Virus record (IMG/VR): IMGVR_UViG_2684623189_000006
Reading direction: 5' to 3' (one strand)
DNA from: a virus
Lineage: Duplodnaviria > Heunggongvirae > Uroviricota > Caudoviricetes
DNA length: 38,661 bases
The notes below the pieces were generated by a model, which searched no databases, was not told where the DNA came from, and saw only the letters and a list, made by a program, of their open reading frames with translations. The position numbers were made by a program, and so were the translations under genes. Below, in pieces: positions 10,767 through 20,116 of this stretch (its first letter is position 1; every line of letters starts with the position of its first letter).

Positions 10767-10792
10767 TTTTCTTAAACGTTGGTTTAGGAGAA
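10767..10792. repeat. Invertase crossover site (left inverted repeat)
   Basis: ttttcttaaacgttggtttaggagaa is an imperfect inverted copy of the site at 12664-12689 and resembles gix/cix-type sites. Confidence 0.75.
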
Positions 10793-11137
10793 GCGGCGAA
10801 AAGGGATGTGGGCACAGGAGATAATCAGATACCGGATATGGGAGCATTCGCTTCTGGTTCGGGATGGTTCAGGCTACCAGGTGGATATATTGTTCAGTTT
10901 GGCACTTTTTCAGGAAACACGACCCGCTTTATCAGTGGACACTTCCCTATACCATTCCCTAATCAGCCGATGGTTTCAGTCAGTGTTATGTCTGATGCCG
11001 TTCAGTCAGACCCGTCGAATCCTGCCACGCAGGTTTTGTCTGTAAATTTTGAACATATCAGTAATTCAGCGTGGCGTGTGGCAACCAGTGATATCTCACA
11101 GCAATACAGATTCAGTTATATTTCGATAGGACGGTAG
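10793..11137 (+). CDS. Alternative tail-fibre C-terminal cassette (silent orientation, no own start)
   Basis: Open frame running in-frame from the crossover site; it would be fused to the constant part of H after inversion. Confidence 0.6.
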   Translation, partial: AAKRDVGTGDNQIPDMGAFASGSGWFRLPGGYIVQFGTFSGNTTRFISGHFPIPFPNQPMVSVSVMSDAVQSDPSNPATQVLSVNFEHISNSAWRVATSDISQQYRFSYISIGR

Positions 11138-11139
11138 AA

Positions 11140-11580
11140 ATGCAGAAATATATTTTCAGTGCCGATAAAAATGCGTTTTTCCCTGTGGAGCTTAAAATCG
11201 CTTATCAGGAATCCGGCGAATGGCCCGGTGATGGAATCGAAATTGACGACACTGTTGCCGCCGAATTTATGAAGGAAGCACCAGAAGGAAAATACAGAGG
11301 TGTCATCGACGGAATGCCTGCATGGATTGATATTCCACCGCCAACTCATGAGGAACAAATTGCCGCAGCCGAACTGGAAAAGCAGCAATTGATTAATCAG
11401 GTCAACGAATACATAAACAGTAAGCAATGGCCTGGTAAAGCGGCGATTGGTCGCCTGAAAGGTGAGGAACTGGCGCAATATAATTTGTGGCTGGATTATC
11501 TGGACGCACTGGAGCTGGTCGATACTTCCGGTGCGCCAGATATTGAATGGCCTACGCCTCCGGCAGTTCAGGCCAGATGA
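11140..11580 (+). CDS. Tail-fibre assembly protein (for alternative cassette)
   Basis: A 146-aa ORF with a tail-fibre-chaperone-like C-terminus (...DALELVDTSGAPDIEWPTPP), paralogous to the G-like protein on the other strand. Confidence 0.75.
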   Translation: MQKYIFSADKNAFFPVELKIAYQESGEWPGDGIEIDDTVAAEFMKEAPEGKYRGVIDGMPAWIDIPPPTHEEQIAAAELEKQQLINQVNEYINSKQWPGKAAIGRLKGEELAQYNLWLDYLDALELVDTSGAPDIEWPTPPAVQAR

Positions 11581-12145
11581 CGTCCGGCGCTGTGCTCGTA
11601 TCTGTTGCCGTCACCGCGTCAATATAATCCAGCACAGCGTTAAGTCGGGTGTTTTCTGGCTGCGTCAGCTTCCGCCCGGCCTGTAATTTCAGTTGAATCA
11701 GACTGATGGAAGCCATTGCAGCATCAATCAGCGACTGGCGCCGTGCTTCTGCCGCTTCTACTGCGGCGCTATGCTGTGCCTCGGTATCCGTCACCCATTT
11801 CTCACCATCCCATTTATCGTATGGCGTTAACGGTGAAAGCGTGACATAACCGTCTTTGATGGCACCGATATAATCCACTGTAACAGCTGCGCCATTTTCA
11901 GTTGAGTAAACGGTCTCATTGCGATGGTCTTCTTCATGGCTCCATCCCTTACCCGTAAATACTGCCACTTTTCCCGGAATGTTTTCGCTCGGGTCAATAC
12001 CAGTGGAACAGGCGGGCATACTTACTCCAGTATTAATATATTCATCAGACCAGCCGGTATATTCATACGTTACTGCATTATAATAAAAACAACGCATATC
12101 GCCCGGCACTGTAGCCAGCCCATTTTCATCAAAAACAGGTTTCAT
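11552..12145 (-). CDS. G: Tail-fibre assembly protein G
   Basis: A 197-aa ORF immediately after H. Its C-terminus (...DAVTATDTSTAPDVIWPELPEA) is paralogous to the ORF at 11140-11580. Confidence 0.8.
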   Translation of the reverse strand: MKPVFDENGLATVPGDMRCFYYNAVTYEYTGWSDEYINTGVSMPACSTGIDPSENIPGKVAVFTGKGWSHEEDHRNETVYSTENGAAVTVDYIGAIKDGYVTLSPLTPYDKWDGEKWVTDTEAQHSAAVEAAEARRQSLIDAAMASISLIQLKLQAGRKLTQPENTRLNAVLDYIDAVTATDTSTAPDVIWPELPEA

Positions 12146-13725
12146 TATTTAGCCCTCACCAGAAAGTTAAATGCAATATTTCGTGGACGGGTTTCTGTAC
12201 CTACATTTCCACTAATTTCACCATAACGTTTAACACTACGAGAGCTAAGAGCTCGTAGTGAGGAAGGCACCTTAAGACCGGGTTCGTCCGTTTTAACTAT
12301 TCCCCCGTCACCATATGTAGCCAGTATTCCTGGGTTTACTCCTTCCCGTGCACTTCCTGCGGCAAGCCCGTCCCCCGTCCACAATTCCATATTGTGTGCA
12401 TGATCCATAATTGTGTGTGATTGCCCTGAGAGTAGGGTACGTCCGACATCAATCCCGCGCCCGTCATCCCAGATACGAATGAAATCACCGCGTGCGTCAG
12501 GTAATGCCAGCGCCGGAAACACTTTCGCCAGCACAGGGTAATCAGTGGCAGAGAATTTCGCGCCGTTGAACTTCAAAAACACCATACCGGACCAGCTATC
12601 GATTACGGTATCTGGCATTGCAGCGGACGGCCAGAAGAACGGAACGCCAATAGCTGGAGCTCCTTCTCCCAAACCAAGGTATGTGAGAAGACCAGCGACA
12701 TCCTTTCCACTCAAATTAGTCAGCGTATTGTCCAGCGGTTGTTTACCTGCCAGCGCATTAAGCATTGTCGTGGCAAAGTTCGGGTCATTCCCCAGCGCCG
12801 CCGCCAGTTCGTTCAGTGTATCCAGTGCCGCAGGTGCAGAACCCACCATTGCCGCAATCGCCGATTTCACAAAAGCCGTGGTGGCAATCTGTGTATTGTT
12901 AACCGACTGTGCGGCAGTGGGGGCTGTTGGCGTTCCGGTGAGTTCCGGACTTGACAGCGGCGCTTTCAGTGCCAGCGCATTGTTAATGGTGGTACTGAAT
13001 TTCGGATCATTGTTAATGGCTGCGGCTAATTCTTTCAGCGTGTCCAGCGTGGCTGGCGCACCATTAATCAGGGCCGTCAGTGCCGCCTGAACAAACGCGG
13101 TGGTCGCAACCTGCGTGGTGTTATTCCCTGCCGCTGGCGTTGGCGCTTTTGGTGTCCCGGTAAACGTCGGACTTTCTTTGGGTGCATACTGTGAATGCGG
13201 GTCCGGTGCGGCAAGATGTTTTGCCATCTGATCATCCACGTACACCTTCAGCTCCAGTACCTTGTCATCCACATACTTGCGGGTTGCCAGCACTACGGCA
13301 GGGTCGATTTTCAGGGTGATATTGTCCGTGCTGCTGGTAATCAGCACCATGCGCACGGTCTGGGTACGCCCGCTGCCTTCAGCCAGTTGCGGTTTATAGC
13401 TTTCCGGGCAGTTCCCCACGGCAATCAATGCCCCTGACTCATCAAACAGGCCCACTTCACGTATCCACCAACCGCCCTCGTTTTCAGGGATCACCTGTTC
13501 AGCAATAATCTGGCTGCTGTTCTGCGGGTCGATATAGAGCATATTCAGCGCAGCCCGGCGTTTCTCATTTACCAGTGCCGTCTGCTTTGCGTCCGGCGTC
13601 GGCAATGCTCCGCCGCCATCGCCCACCGCCATATGGGTAATTTTTAGCGGCACACCGAGCGCGGCGGCGCTGGCAAGTTTCGCCTCGCCAATATCCGTCA
13701 GCAGGGTATAAAATTTTGTGCTCAT
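12145..13725 (-). CDS. H: Tail fibre protein H (constant N-terminus plus currently expressed variable C-terminus)
   Basis: A 526-aa ORF with internal repeated motifs (TTAFV...ALDTL.ELAAA) and a crossover site about 345 codons in. Confidence 0.85.
   Translation of the reverse strand: MSTKFYTLLTDIGEAKLASAAALGVPLKITHMAVGDGGGALPTPDAKQTALVNEKRRAALNMLYIDPQNSSQIIAEQVIPENEGGWWIREVGLFDESGALIAVGNCPESYKPQLAEGSGRTQTVRMVLITSSTDNITLKIDPAVVLATRKYVDDKVLELKVYVDDQMAKHLAAPDPHSQYAPKESPTFTGTPKAPTPAAGNNTTQVATTAFVQAALTALINGAPATLDTLKELAAAINNDPKFSTTINNALALKAPLSSPELTGTPTAPTAAQSVNNTQIATTAFVKSAIAAMVGSAPAALDTLNELAAALGNDPNFATTMLNALAGKQPLDNTLTNLSGKDVAGLLTYLGLGEGAPAIGVPFFWPSAAMPDTVIDSWSGMVFLKFNGAKFSATDYPVLAKVFPALALPDARGDFIRIWDDGRGIDVGRTLLSGQSHTIMDHAHNMELWTGDGLAAGSAREGVNPGILATYGDGGIVKTDEPGLKVPSSLRALSSRSVKRYGEISGNVGTETRPRNIAFNFLVRAK
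12664..12689. repeat. Invertase crossover site (right inverted repeat, inside H)
   Basis: ttctcccaaaccaaggtatgtgagaa. It encodes ...YLGLGE in the H frame; the partner site encodes ...VGLGE in the silent cassette frame. Confidence 0.75.
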
Positions 13726-14327
13726 GGATTCACTCTCATTGTGTCAATAACATGGACCGCCCCGCCTTCATGCGCGGTGCCACCGGAAATAATCGTTTCG
13801 TTGATATACGGATAGATCGTGATTTCTTCGCCAAGATAGCTGGCGGCTCCCACCCAATGCGGGCCGCTGGTCTGCAGATTGATGGACATGCCGATCATGT
13901 GGCGGCTACATGGTTTGGCATCGCTTATCAGTCGCTCAAGTTCCAGATAGGTATCTTCAGTGATGCCCTGGTCCTGCACGCCGATATCCAGGCGAAACGT
14001 GCCCGGTGCCTCTCCGGTTTGCCACCACTCAATAATGCGGATCAGAAAGCCGAACGGCTCCACCACCCGCCGCACGGCACTGGTGGTCCCTTTATGCTGA
14101 TGAATATAAAAAGCATCCTTCACCACCTGGCGCTTGACGCTTTCTGTCCAGCCCTCGTCCCAGCGATCCACAGAGAACGCCCAGGCGAGATAAGGCAGGA
14201 AACTGACCGGACAGGTTGCCGGATTCCACAAGTCACGAAGCGGCACCTGCAGATCAGAAATCCCGCTGCAGGTTTGCGCCAGTCGGCGCTCCAGTGGTGT
14301 TGAACCCGGTGGCAGCAGACTATTCAT
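13722..14327 (-). CDS. I: Baseplate assembly protein I
   Basis: P2 synteny between J and H. Confidence 0.75.
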   Translation of the reverse strand: MNSLLPPGSTPLERRLAQTCSGISDLQVPLRDLWNPATCPVSFLPYLAWAFSVDRWDEGWTESVKRQVVKDAFYIHQHKGTTSAVRRVVEPFGFLIRIIEWWQTGEAPGTFRLDIGVQDQGITEDTYLELERLISDAKPCSRHMIGMSINLQTSGPHWVGAASYLGEEITIYPYINETIISGGTAHEGGAVHVIDTMRVNP

Positions 14328-15228
14328 CCGTTCCTCCGTTGGTTACGCTCCACTGCGTACATGATGCCGCCTGTGTTTTGTTCAGGACCACATCCGCCAG
14401 AGGAGAAGCCAGCTCCACACGCTGCACACCCTCAACATGCAGGGCGGCAAAGATGGCGCTACGGCGAATATCCCGACCAAGACGCGTCTGACTGGCGATG
14501 TACTTCTGCAGGCTGGCTTTTGCCGCTGCCATTACCGGCTCTGCTTCCGGTCCCGGATAGAGAAAAATGGTGGCTTCCACGCGATACGGGATGATTTCTG
14601 CGCTGCGAACCGTCAGACGGTCAGCCACCGGGCGGACGTTCTCACTGTTCAGAGCTTTTTCCACCACGTCCAGCAGGTCTTTTTCTGCAGTTCCATCGCC
14701 TTCGCGGCTAAGGACAGTCAGCACCACCTCTGCAGGCGCCGGGCTGGTTGCACTGGCATCCGCCACCCGACCGTCGGCGCTTCGGGCATGAAATTCATAA
14801 GCTGCAGTTGGCCCCGCAACAGAAAGCCCTTCAAAGGCTGCAGGCACACGCAGGCGTAACGCTTCATCGCTTTCCATCACAGCCGCAACGGGTGGCACAG
14901 CGTCATTATCAGCAGGCGTCACCGTCAGGCGTTTCACGTTGTAGTTGGCAGCGAGCTGGTCAAGATCGCCGCCCATCGCGTAAGCCACCATCACAGCATG
15001 CGCGGCTTCGTTAATGCGCTGGCGCAGAAGCAACTCACGGTAAGCGTTCTCCTGAAGCAATTTGGTGACGGGTTCAGATTCCAGTTCCAGCGTGCGGATC
15101 ACTGCTTCCTGCTCATCTTTCGGATGAAGCGCAACAAATTCGGCCTTGCGTTCGGCAATCAGCGTCTCAAAGTCCGGCACATCCACAATCTGCGGCGCAG
15201 GCAACTGCGAAAGGTCAATCACTGCCAT
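14320..15228 (-). CDS. J: Baseplate assembly protein J
   Basis: Start taken at the ATG at 15228 (MAVIDLSQ...), which is preceded by an AGGAGC Shine-Dalgarno; the longer ORF reaches 15267. Confidence 0.8.
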   Translation of the reverse strand: MAVIDLSQLPAPQIVDVPDFETLIAERKAEFVALHPKDEQEAVIRTLELESEPVTKLLQENAYRELLLRQRINEAAHAVMVAYAMGGDLDQLAANYNVKRLTVTPADNDAVPPVAAVMESDEALRLRVPAAFEGLSVAGPTAAYEFHARSADGRVADASATSPAPAEVVLTVLSREGDGTAEKDLLDVVEKALNSENVRPVADRLTVRSAEIIPYRVEATIFLYPGPEAEPVMAAAKASLQKYIASQTRLGRDIRRSAIFAALHVEGVQRVELASPLADVVLNKTQAASCTQWSVTNGGTDE

Positions 15229-15574
15229 TCTCTGCTCCTGTTGATACGGAAAGGGAAACAGGCACACCGTTATTACGCCGCCCGGTCAGCTCCACCACCA
15301 TTGAACCGTCAAAATTGCTGTTAATGGTGATGGAATCCAGCGTCAGCCGTGGCTCCCAGCGACTCAGCGCCACATACACTGCCGACATGACCTGCAGGCG
15401 TAATGCCGGATTTTGTGGCTGGTCTATCAGTGCCGACAGCAGGGAACCATATTCCCGACGGGCAATGCGGCTACCCTGCGGCGTCAGCAAAATGTCCCGC
15501 ACCGACTGGCGCAGATGGTCAATATCAGTAATGGCTTTACCGCTGGTATTGTTCATCCCGCTATAAAGCGTCAT
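15215..15574 (-). CDS. W: Baseplate wedge protein W (GPW/gp25 family)
   Basis: A 119-aa ORF; P2 synteny. Confidence 0.8.
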   Translation of the reverse strand: MTLYSGMNNTSGKAITDIDHLRQSVRDILLTPQGSRIARREYGSLLSALIDQPQNPALRLQVMSAVYVALSRWEPRLTLDSITINSNFDGSMVVELTGRRNNGVPVSLSVSTGAENGSD

Positions 15575-16149
15575 ACCGGGCCTCCGGTTGTATCGCCGCC
15601 TTTCAGGACGCCAGTATGCTGATGCGCATCAACCACGATCCCGTTAGAACTCATCGCTCCGCCGCCCTGAGTAACGCCACCATTGATCACCACTTCGCTG
15701 TTAATACGCGTGCACTCAGCCTCCAGCACAAACTCACTGGTTTTCAGGGTGATGTTATCGGCAGCCTCAATGACCATGGATTTGATGCCCCTGACATACC
15801 AGCGCCCGGTGGCAGGTTCGTATTCAAACCAGCCACCGTCAGGATGTTCTGTCACGCAGGCGTCCGCCGACGTCGACGGTGGTGCGAACTGATTCGAATA
15901 GATGGCGGGCAGCGCAAAAGCTGTTTCCAGATTACCGCCCATACTCAGCAGCACCACCTGCTCACCTTCCGATGGTCGCCACCATGTCCGGGCATTCCCG
16001 GCACGCAGCGTCAGCCAGCTGATCCAGTTGGTTTCAAGGTCGCCCGTTTTCACCCGGCAAAGCCAGTTTGTCCTGTCCACTTCGGTGACTACCCCAGTGC
16101 GGATCAGGTTGGTGATAAGGCGCATGATTTCGGTTAATTGTGCGTTCAT
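15571..16149 (-). CDS. V: Baseplate spike/assembly protein V
   Basis: A 192-aa ORF; P2 synteny. Confidence 0.8.
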   Translation of the reverse strand: MNAQLTEIMRLITNLIRTGVVTEVDRTNWLCRVKTGDLETNWISWLTLRAGNARTWWRPSEGEQVVLLSMGGNLETAFALPAIYSNQFAPPSTSADACVTEHPDGGWFEYEPATGRWYVRGIKSMVIEAADNITLKTSEFVLEAECTRINSEVVINGGVTQGGGAMSSNGIVVDAHQHTGVLKGGDTTGGPV

Positions 16150-16195
16150 AGGGAAAGGTTGCCATCAGGGGAAGAAAGGCGGCAGTGCTGCAACT

Positions 16196-16213
16196 TGTAT
16201 CAGTGCTGATACA
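16196..16213 (-). promoter_or_regulatory. Ogr-type late promoter element TGT-N12-ACA upstream of V (PV-like)
   Basis: TGTatcagtgctgatACA lies in the S-V intergenic region. Confidence 0.55.
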
Positions 16214-16217
16214 AAAA

Positions 16218-16664
16218 TCACCCCGCCAGCCATTGCAGAATCATGTCGCGGGTCATTGCCTCAACATCATCATTTACACCCAGAAGGCGACGCTCTGCGT
16301 AACGGACCTCCGGTCCTTTGCGGCTGACGCGATCACGTAAGCCGTAGTGATGAACACGGGCAATGCGCTGTACCTTGCCTTCAAACTGCACGCTGGCAGA
16401 GTCGGCGCTGGCGGAAGTTTTCAGGTATTTTGTGGTGCGCAGCTTTGCAAACATCTGACGTTTGATACGGCCTTTTTTACTGCGTGCTGTTACCCGTCGC
16501 GGTTCATAACTGCTGCCATCTGGATTGCGCTGCATTCTGATATTTTGCTGCTGTGTCCGGCGTAGTTCCTGCGCCAGCTGGCGCATCATGCGGCTTCTTG
16601 CGGCTGGCTCCAGATTCGCCAGCAAGGCACTCAGCCAGTCGTCCACTTTCTGCAGTTCAGCCAC
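16218..16664 (-). CDS. S: Tail completion protein S
   Basis: A 148-aa ORF; P2 synteny. Confidence 0.75.
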   Translation of the reverse strand: MAELQKVDDWLSALLANLEPAARSRMMRQLAQELRRTQQQNIRMQRNPDGSSYEPRRVTARSKKGRIKRQMFAKLRTTKYLKTSASADSASVQFEGKVQRIARVHHYGLRDRVSRKGPEVRYAERRLLGVNDDVEAMTRDMILQWLAG

Positions 16665-17109
16665 GTTTCACCGTCCACATTTCTTCAGGTTCATCAGGTT
16701 CCGCTATAGCTTCAACGCTCGACACACTGCCGTCAGTGCTGACCAGCACACGCTCCGTCAGTTGCAGGTTGAGGCTGATATCACAGACATCGTTGCGCAG
16801 AATATCCACCTCAAAGGTGAATAGCTTTTCCCGTAACGCCGGGTTATTGATGGCATCGGGCTGGTTATCACGCAGCCACAGCAAAACCGGGGCCATCAGC
16901 AGATTCTGGTCGCCGCTGAAATCCTCAATCACCACGTTCAGGGTGTAGCGGTACTCCCATGACATGGAGCTGGCCCCCGTGGCAACCAGCGAACCGTTAT
17001 CCACAAACAGATGCAGTTTGTCCGGGTTATTTCGGACATAAGGCACCGCTTTATTGAGGGCGTAGCGCAGGGATTGTGGTTTGTTCACTGTTTCGCTCCT
17101 GACACGCAA
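16657..17109 (-). CDS. R: Tail completion protein R
   Basis: A 150-aa ORF; P2 synteny. Confidence 0.75.
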   Translation of the reverse strand: MRVRSETVNKPQSLRYALNKAVPYVRNNPDKLHLFVDNGSLVATGASSMSWEYRYTLNVVIEDFSGDQNLLMAPVLLWLRDNQPDAINNPALREKLFTFEVDILRNDVCDISLNLQLTERVLVSTDGSVSSVEAIAEPDEPEEMWTVKRG

Positions 17110-17341
17110 TAATCATGTCCACTTTGTCTGCACAGATCGCCCAGGCGGCCTCCGTTTCATCCAGCAACGCATTCAGATCACCGTTAGTGCGCGGTGCTGC
17201 CTGCTCCAGCCGACACGGCGTCACTCTCGGACAACCACTGACGGTAAGCTGCACCTCCGGTGAGTACCGGACGTTCCCGCAGCCGGATAATGTCAGCAGG
17301 CAAAGGAGTATCAGCCCAGTGGCGTAAATCCTCGTTCTCAC
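17051..17341 (-). CDS. lysC: LysC, Rz1-like outer-membrane lipoprotein spanin (embedded/overlapping)
   Basis: Signal peptide with an LSGC lipobox. The ORF is in an alternative frame, overlapping the 3' end of lysB and the 5' end of R. Confidence 0.65.
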   Translation of the reverse strand: MRTRIYATGLILLCLLTLSGCGNVRYSPEVQLTVSGCPRVTPCRLEQAAPRTNGDLNALLDETEAAWAICADKVDMIIACQERNSEQTTIPALRPQ

Positions 17342-17612
17342 GTTTCAGTTCCTCGATCCGGCGTTGTCGTTGTCTCAGCTGTGCGCTGGTCTGTTCTGCT
17401 TCGGCATAGAGCCGCGCCTGCTCCCGGTTATTGGTTTCATTCAGAATGGACAGGCTGATAAGCTGGCTGTTGCTCTTTGCCAGTGCCTGGCTTTTGCTCT
17501 GCAGCTCGTTTGCCTGCGTGCTGATGGTCTGGCTGGCATCAGCCAGCCGCCACGTCTGCCAGCCCAGCGCCGCCAGTAATAACGCCAGCACAACCAGCAG
17601 CAACCGGTTCAT
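17184..17612 (-). CDS. lysB: LysB, Rz-like inner-membrane spanin
   Basis: N-terminal transmembrane helix followed by a coiled-coil periplasmic domain. Confidence 0.75.
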   Translation of the reverse strand: MNRLLLVVLALLLAALGWQTWRLADASQTISTQANELQSKSQALAKSNSQLISLSILNETNNREQARLYAEAEQTSAQLRQRQRRIEELKRENEDLRHWADTPLPADIIRLRERPVLTGGAAYRQWLSESDAVSAGAGSTAH

Positions 17613-17986
17613 GCTGCTACCTGTTGCGCCATCTGATTACGGGTGATCCAGAAGGCAATAACGGTCAGTAGATAAAAGACCAGGGTAATAGCCCACCCCG
17701 TCCATGCGAGACTTACAACAATCAGCAATCGCATCACCCAACTGATAAATACGTTTTCTTTTCGGGTAATTGTCTTCAGCAAAGATGCCCTTAACTCCTG
17801 CCAGAGCGGGCCATTCTGAATTAACGCAGCCAGTGCTACCGGAATTACCGCCCATGTCAGCAAACAGGCTACCCAAACGCCGGACGCTGCCAGTACCGGA
17901 AAGATCCCCTGCGGATACACCATTGCTGCGATTAACAGCGCCATCCATAACATCAGAAACAGTCCGCTGATTAATTTCTTTTTCAT
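17609..17986 (-). CDS. lysA: LysA membrane protein (lysis timing)
   Basis: Multi-transmembrane ORF. Start taken at the ATG at 17986 (MKKKLISG), which has a GGGAG Shine-Dalgarno and overlaps the K stop; the longer ORF reaches 18058. Confidence 0.65.
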   Translation of the reverse strand: MKKKLISGLFLMLWMALLIAAMVYPQGIFPVLAASGVWVACLLTWAVIPVALAALIQNGPLWQELRASLLKTITRKENVFISWVMRLLIVVSLAWTGWAITLVFYLLTVIAFWITRNQMAQQVAA

Positions 17987-17987
17987 T

Positions 17988-18500
17988 TCAGTTTGCTCCC
18001 TGTAAACACCAGGCCATCTCCCGCGCACGGCGGTTATCCAGCCCCTGATTAAACACACCTTTTACATAAACCCAGCGCGGCAACTGTCGGCACCCATCCG
18101 CCCAGCGCCGCTGATTGAGCAATTTCACCAGCGTGGAACTACAGGCATTGCCCGTCCCCACGTTGAAGGCAAACGACACCGTAGCGTCATACACCTTCTG
18201 TGGTGGCTGTTGCTTCACACACCTTTCCAGTGCCCGCTCCACACGCAGCACGTTGGAGATCAGCCCTTCTGCTGCCTGTCGTTCCGTGATTGTTTTGCCG
18301 GGAATGACGCCCGATGTATTACCAATGCCGTCGGTCCAGACACCCGCGCTGCACTGATACGGCTGCAGACGACAGCCTTCGTAATCGGCAATCAGTTTCA
18401 GTCCCTCCACGGAGGTGTGAAGCTGCTGAAAACCCGGCAGCGTGGCAGCAATAGCCAGCACGACCCCGACAAGGCAGCGTTTAACGACTGATGGATTCAT
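17988..18500 (-). CDS. K: Endolysin K (lysozyme-like, with N-terminal signal/anchor)
   Basis: A 170-aa ORF with a hydrophobic N-terminus, in the P2 K position. Confidence 0.8.
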   Translation of the reverse strand: MNPSVVKRCLVGVVLAIAATLPGFQQLHTSVEGLKLIADYEGCRLQPYQCSAGVWTDGIGNTSGVIPGKTITERQAAEGLISNVLRVERALERCVKQQPPQKVYDATVSFAFNVGTGNACSSTLVKLLNQRRWADGCRQLPRWVYVKGVFNQGLDNRRAREMAWCLQGAN

Positions 18501-18696
18501 AGTCCTCCCGCGAGATCTGCCCGTCGCGCAGAAGCTGGTAGGCTTTGTGTTTGTAGTACCAGTTGATAGCCAGCATCAGCACACCAATCATCAGGCCGCC
18601 CAGCGTTGAGGCATCCTTGATGGACAAATCGCCCAGCCAGGCCAGCACGACGGCGATGCAATACGTGATAAAGGCGCTGATTCGCTCAAGCGTCAT
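18481..18696 (-). CDS. Y: Holin
   Basis: A 71-aa protein with two predicted transmembrane segments and a charged C-terminus, immediately upstream of the endolysin gene. Confidence 0.75.
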   Translation of the reverse strand: MTLERISAFITYCIAVVLAWLGDLSIKDASTLGGLMIGVLMLAINWYYKHKAYQLLRDGQISREDYESISR

Positions 18697-18699
18697 AAT

Positions 18700-18903
18700 T
18701 CAGTCCCATAGCTGGACGGTCTGCACGGTGGTGGTTGTCGGAATGTCCGGCAGCTCCACCTGCAGCCCGTGAGGTAAAAAGGGGCCGTATTCGGCAAGCC
18801 CCGGATTTGCCTTCAGTACCTGCTCCGTGACACCCTGCGTGCGCCCGTAATGACGCCAGCAAAGCGCGTCCACCGTGTCATACTGATGCGCACGCACTTT
18901 CAT
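18700..18903 (-). CDS. X: Tail protein X
   Basis: A 67-aa ORF; P2 synteny. Confidence 0.75.
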   Translation of the reverse strand: MKVRAHQYDTVDALCWRHYGRTQGVTEQVLKANPGLAEYGPFLPHGLQVELPDIPTTTTVQTVQLWD

Positions 18904-19367
18904 CAGATAAGCTCCACTGTGCAGTGCGGCGCATCCTGTACCCGGCTGATGGCCCAGCGGGCGTCACGCCACAAATCACCGCTTGCTTCCGCCTGTTCCT
19001 CGCCCCGCTTCACACCGGACGCCGTGGCGTCATAGTCCTGATAACGCTCATTGAGCATGGCGCGTGCCCAGCAGTAAACCGCGTTGAAATAGTGATGAAT
19101 GCGCTCACTTTTGCCGTCCAGCTGTTCCGCCGGAACCTCAGCCAGCGACGCATACCCCAGCATCTGCTGACGTCTGCGAAACTCATACAGCTCTGCGTTG
19201 ACCTCCGAAATTGCCGACAGCGCAACCTGCTTTAAACGCGGCTGCGTCACCGTGCCGTCAGTGCGCATGACACTGCGAAACTCCGACAAGTCCACATCAG
19301 GCCAGAACGGCGTATTTCTGATGATTTCCGCCTGTTCCGATGCCTGTTCTGGCGCAACAAACTTCAT
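18903..19367 (-). CDS. L: Head completion/stabilisation protein L
   Basis: Start taken at the ATG at 19367 (MKFVAPEQ), which has an AGGAGA Shine-Dalgarno; the longer ORF (to 19430) would start at GTG. Confidence 0.75.
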   Translation of the reverse strand: MKFVAPEQASEQAEIIRNTPFWPDVDLSEFRSVMRTDGTVTQPRLKQVALSAISEVNAELYEFRRRQQMLGYASLAEVPAEQLDGKSERIHHYFNAVYCWARAMLNERYQDYDATASGVKRGEEQAEASGDLWRDARWAISRVQDAPHCTVELI

Positions 19368-19462
19368 GCTGCTTTCTCCTGAAATAAAGGGCGGTGGACG
19401 GGGTTTTGATGTGGCTGTGCCTTTCGCCACCCCGTGCCGCCCGTGCGCGGGGGCACGTTCTG

Positions 19463-20113
19463 TCAGCGGCTGTCATTGCGCAGTCTGCGCTCCAGCTGCT
19501 GTTTGTCTTTTTTCACGCCACAGCGGGGATCGAGCTGTAACGCATGGTTGAGATGATTAAGGGCGGAAGCCGGATTGCTTTCACTCAGGACAGCGCCAAT
19601 CGCTTTATGCAGACGCGCCCGTGACTGGTCCGGCATATCCAGACCGTCTGTCAGCTCCAGCGTCTGCAGCAACAGATCGGCATCAAAGCCGGTGGCGGCA
19701 AGCATTGCGCTCTGCGCTGCATCTGCCATTTCCTCTGCCAGCACGGTCTGCACGTTGCGGTTACCCAGCGGCATCACCCAGCCATGACGCAGGGCATGAC
19801 GCCCAATCTCCAGCGCCCCGGCATAATCTCCGGCATCAATGCGCCACAGCATCACGTACATCAGCACGTCATCCTGTTGAGCGCCTCCGGCAGCCAGGAC
19901 GCCCTCCGCCCAGGCGGCATATTTCGGCAGCAGCTCCACCTTGATTTCCGCTTTTTTCACCGTGGACTGAACGCCCTTGAGACGGCGGCGGTCTTCCGCC
20001 AGTTGCAGCAGCATCAGGTCATAGCCCGACGCGTGGCGAACACTGCCGCCCTCACGGGCGGCCTGTTCAGCCTGAACGCGCAGGCGATGCTGCCGTGCGG
20101 GACTCAGGCTCAT
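19463..20113 (-). CDS. M: Terminase endonuclease (small) subunit M
   Basis: A 216-aa ORF; P2 synteny. Confidence 0.75.
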   Translation of the reverse strand: MSLSPARQHRLRVQAEQAAREGGSVRHASGYDLMLLQLAEDRRRLKGVQSTVKKAEIKVELLPKYAAWAEGVLAAGGAQQDDVLMYVMLWRIDAGDYAGALEIGRHALRHGWVMPLGNRNVQTVLAEEMADAAQSAMLAATGFDADLLLQTLELTDGLDMPDQSRARLHKAIGAVLSESNPASALNHLNHALQLDPRCGVKKDKQQLERRLRNDSR

Positions 20114-20116
20114 GGT

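Larger units (their letters stand above)
10767..12689. mobile_element. Invertible tail-fibre host-range segment (about 1.9 kb)
   Basis: Bounded by the two inverted sites. Contains two opposed tail-fibre C-terminal cassettes, each followed by its own tail-fibre assembly gene. Confidence 0.75.

Noticed and set aside
12545-13090. A 181-aa plus-strand ORF inside tail fibre gene H.
   Set aside because: It is the antisense frame of the alanine/glycine-rich repeat region of H.
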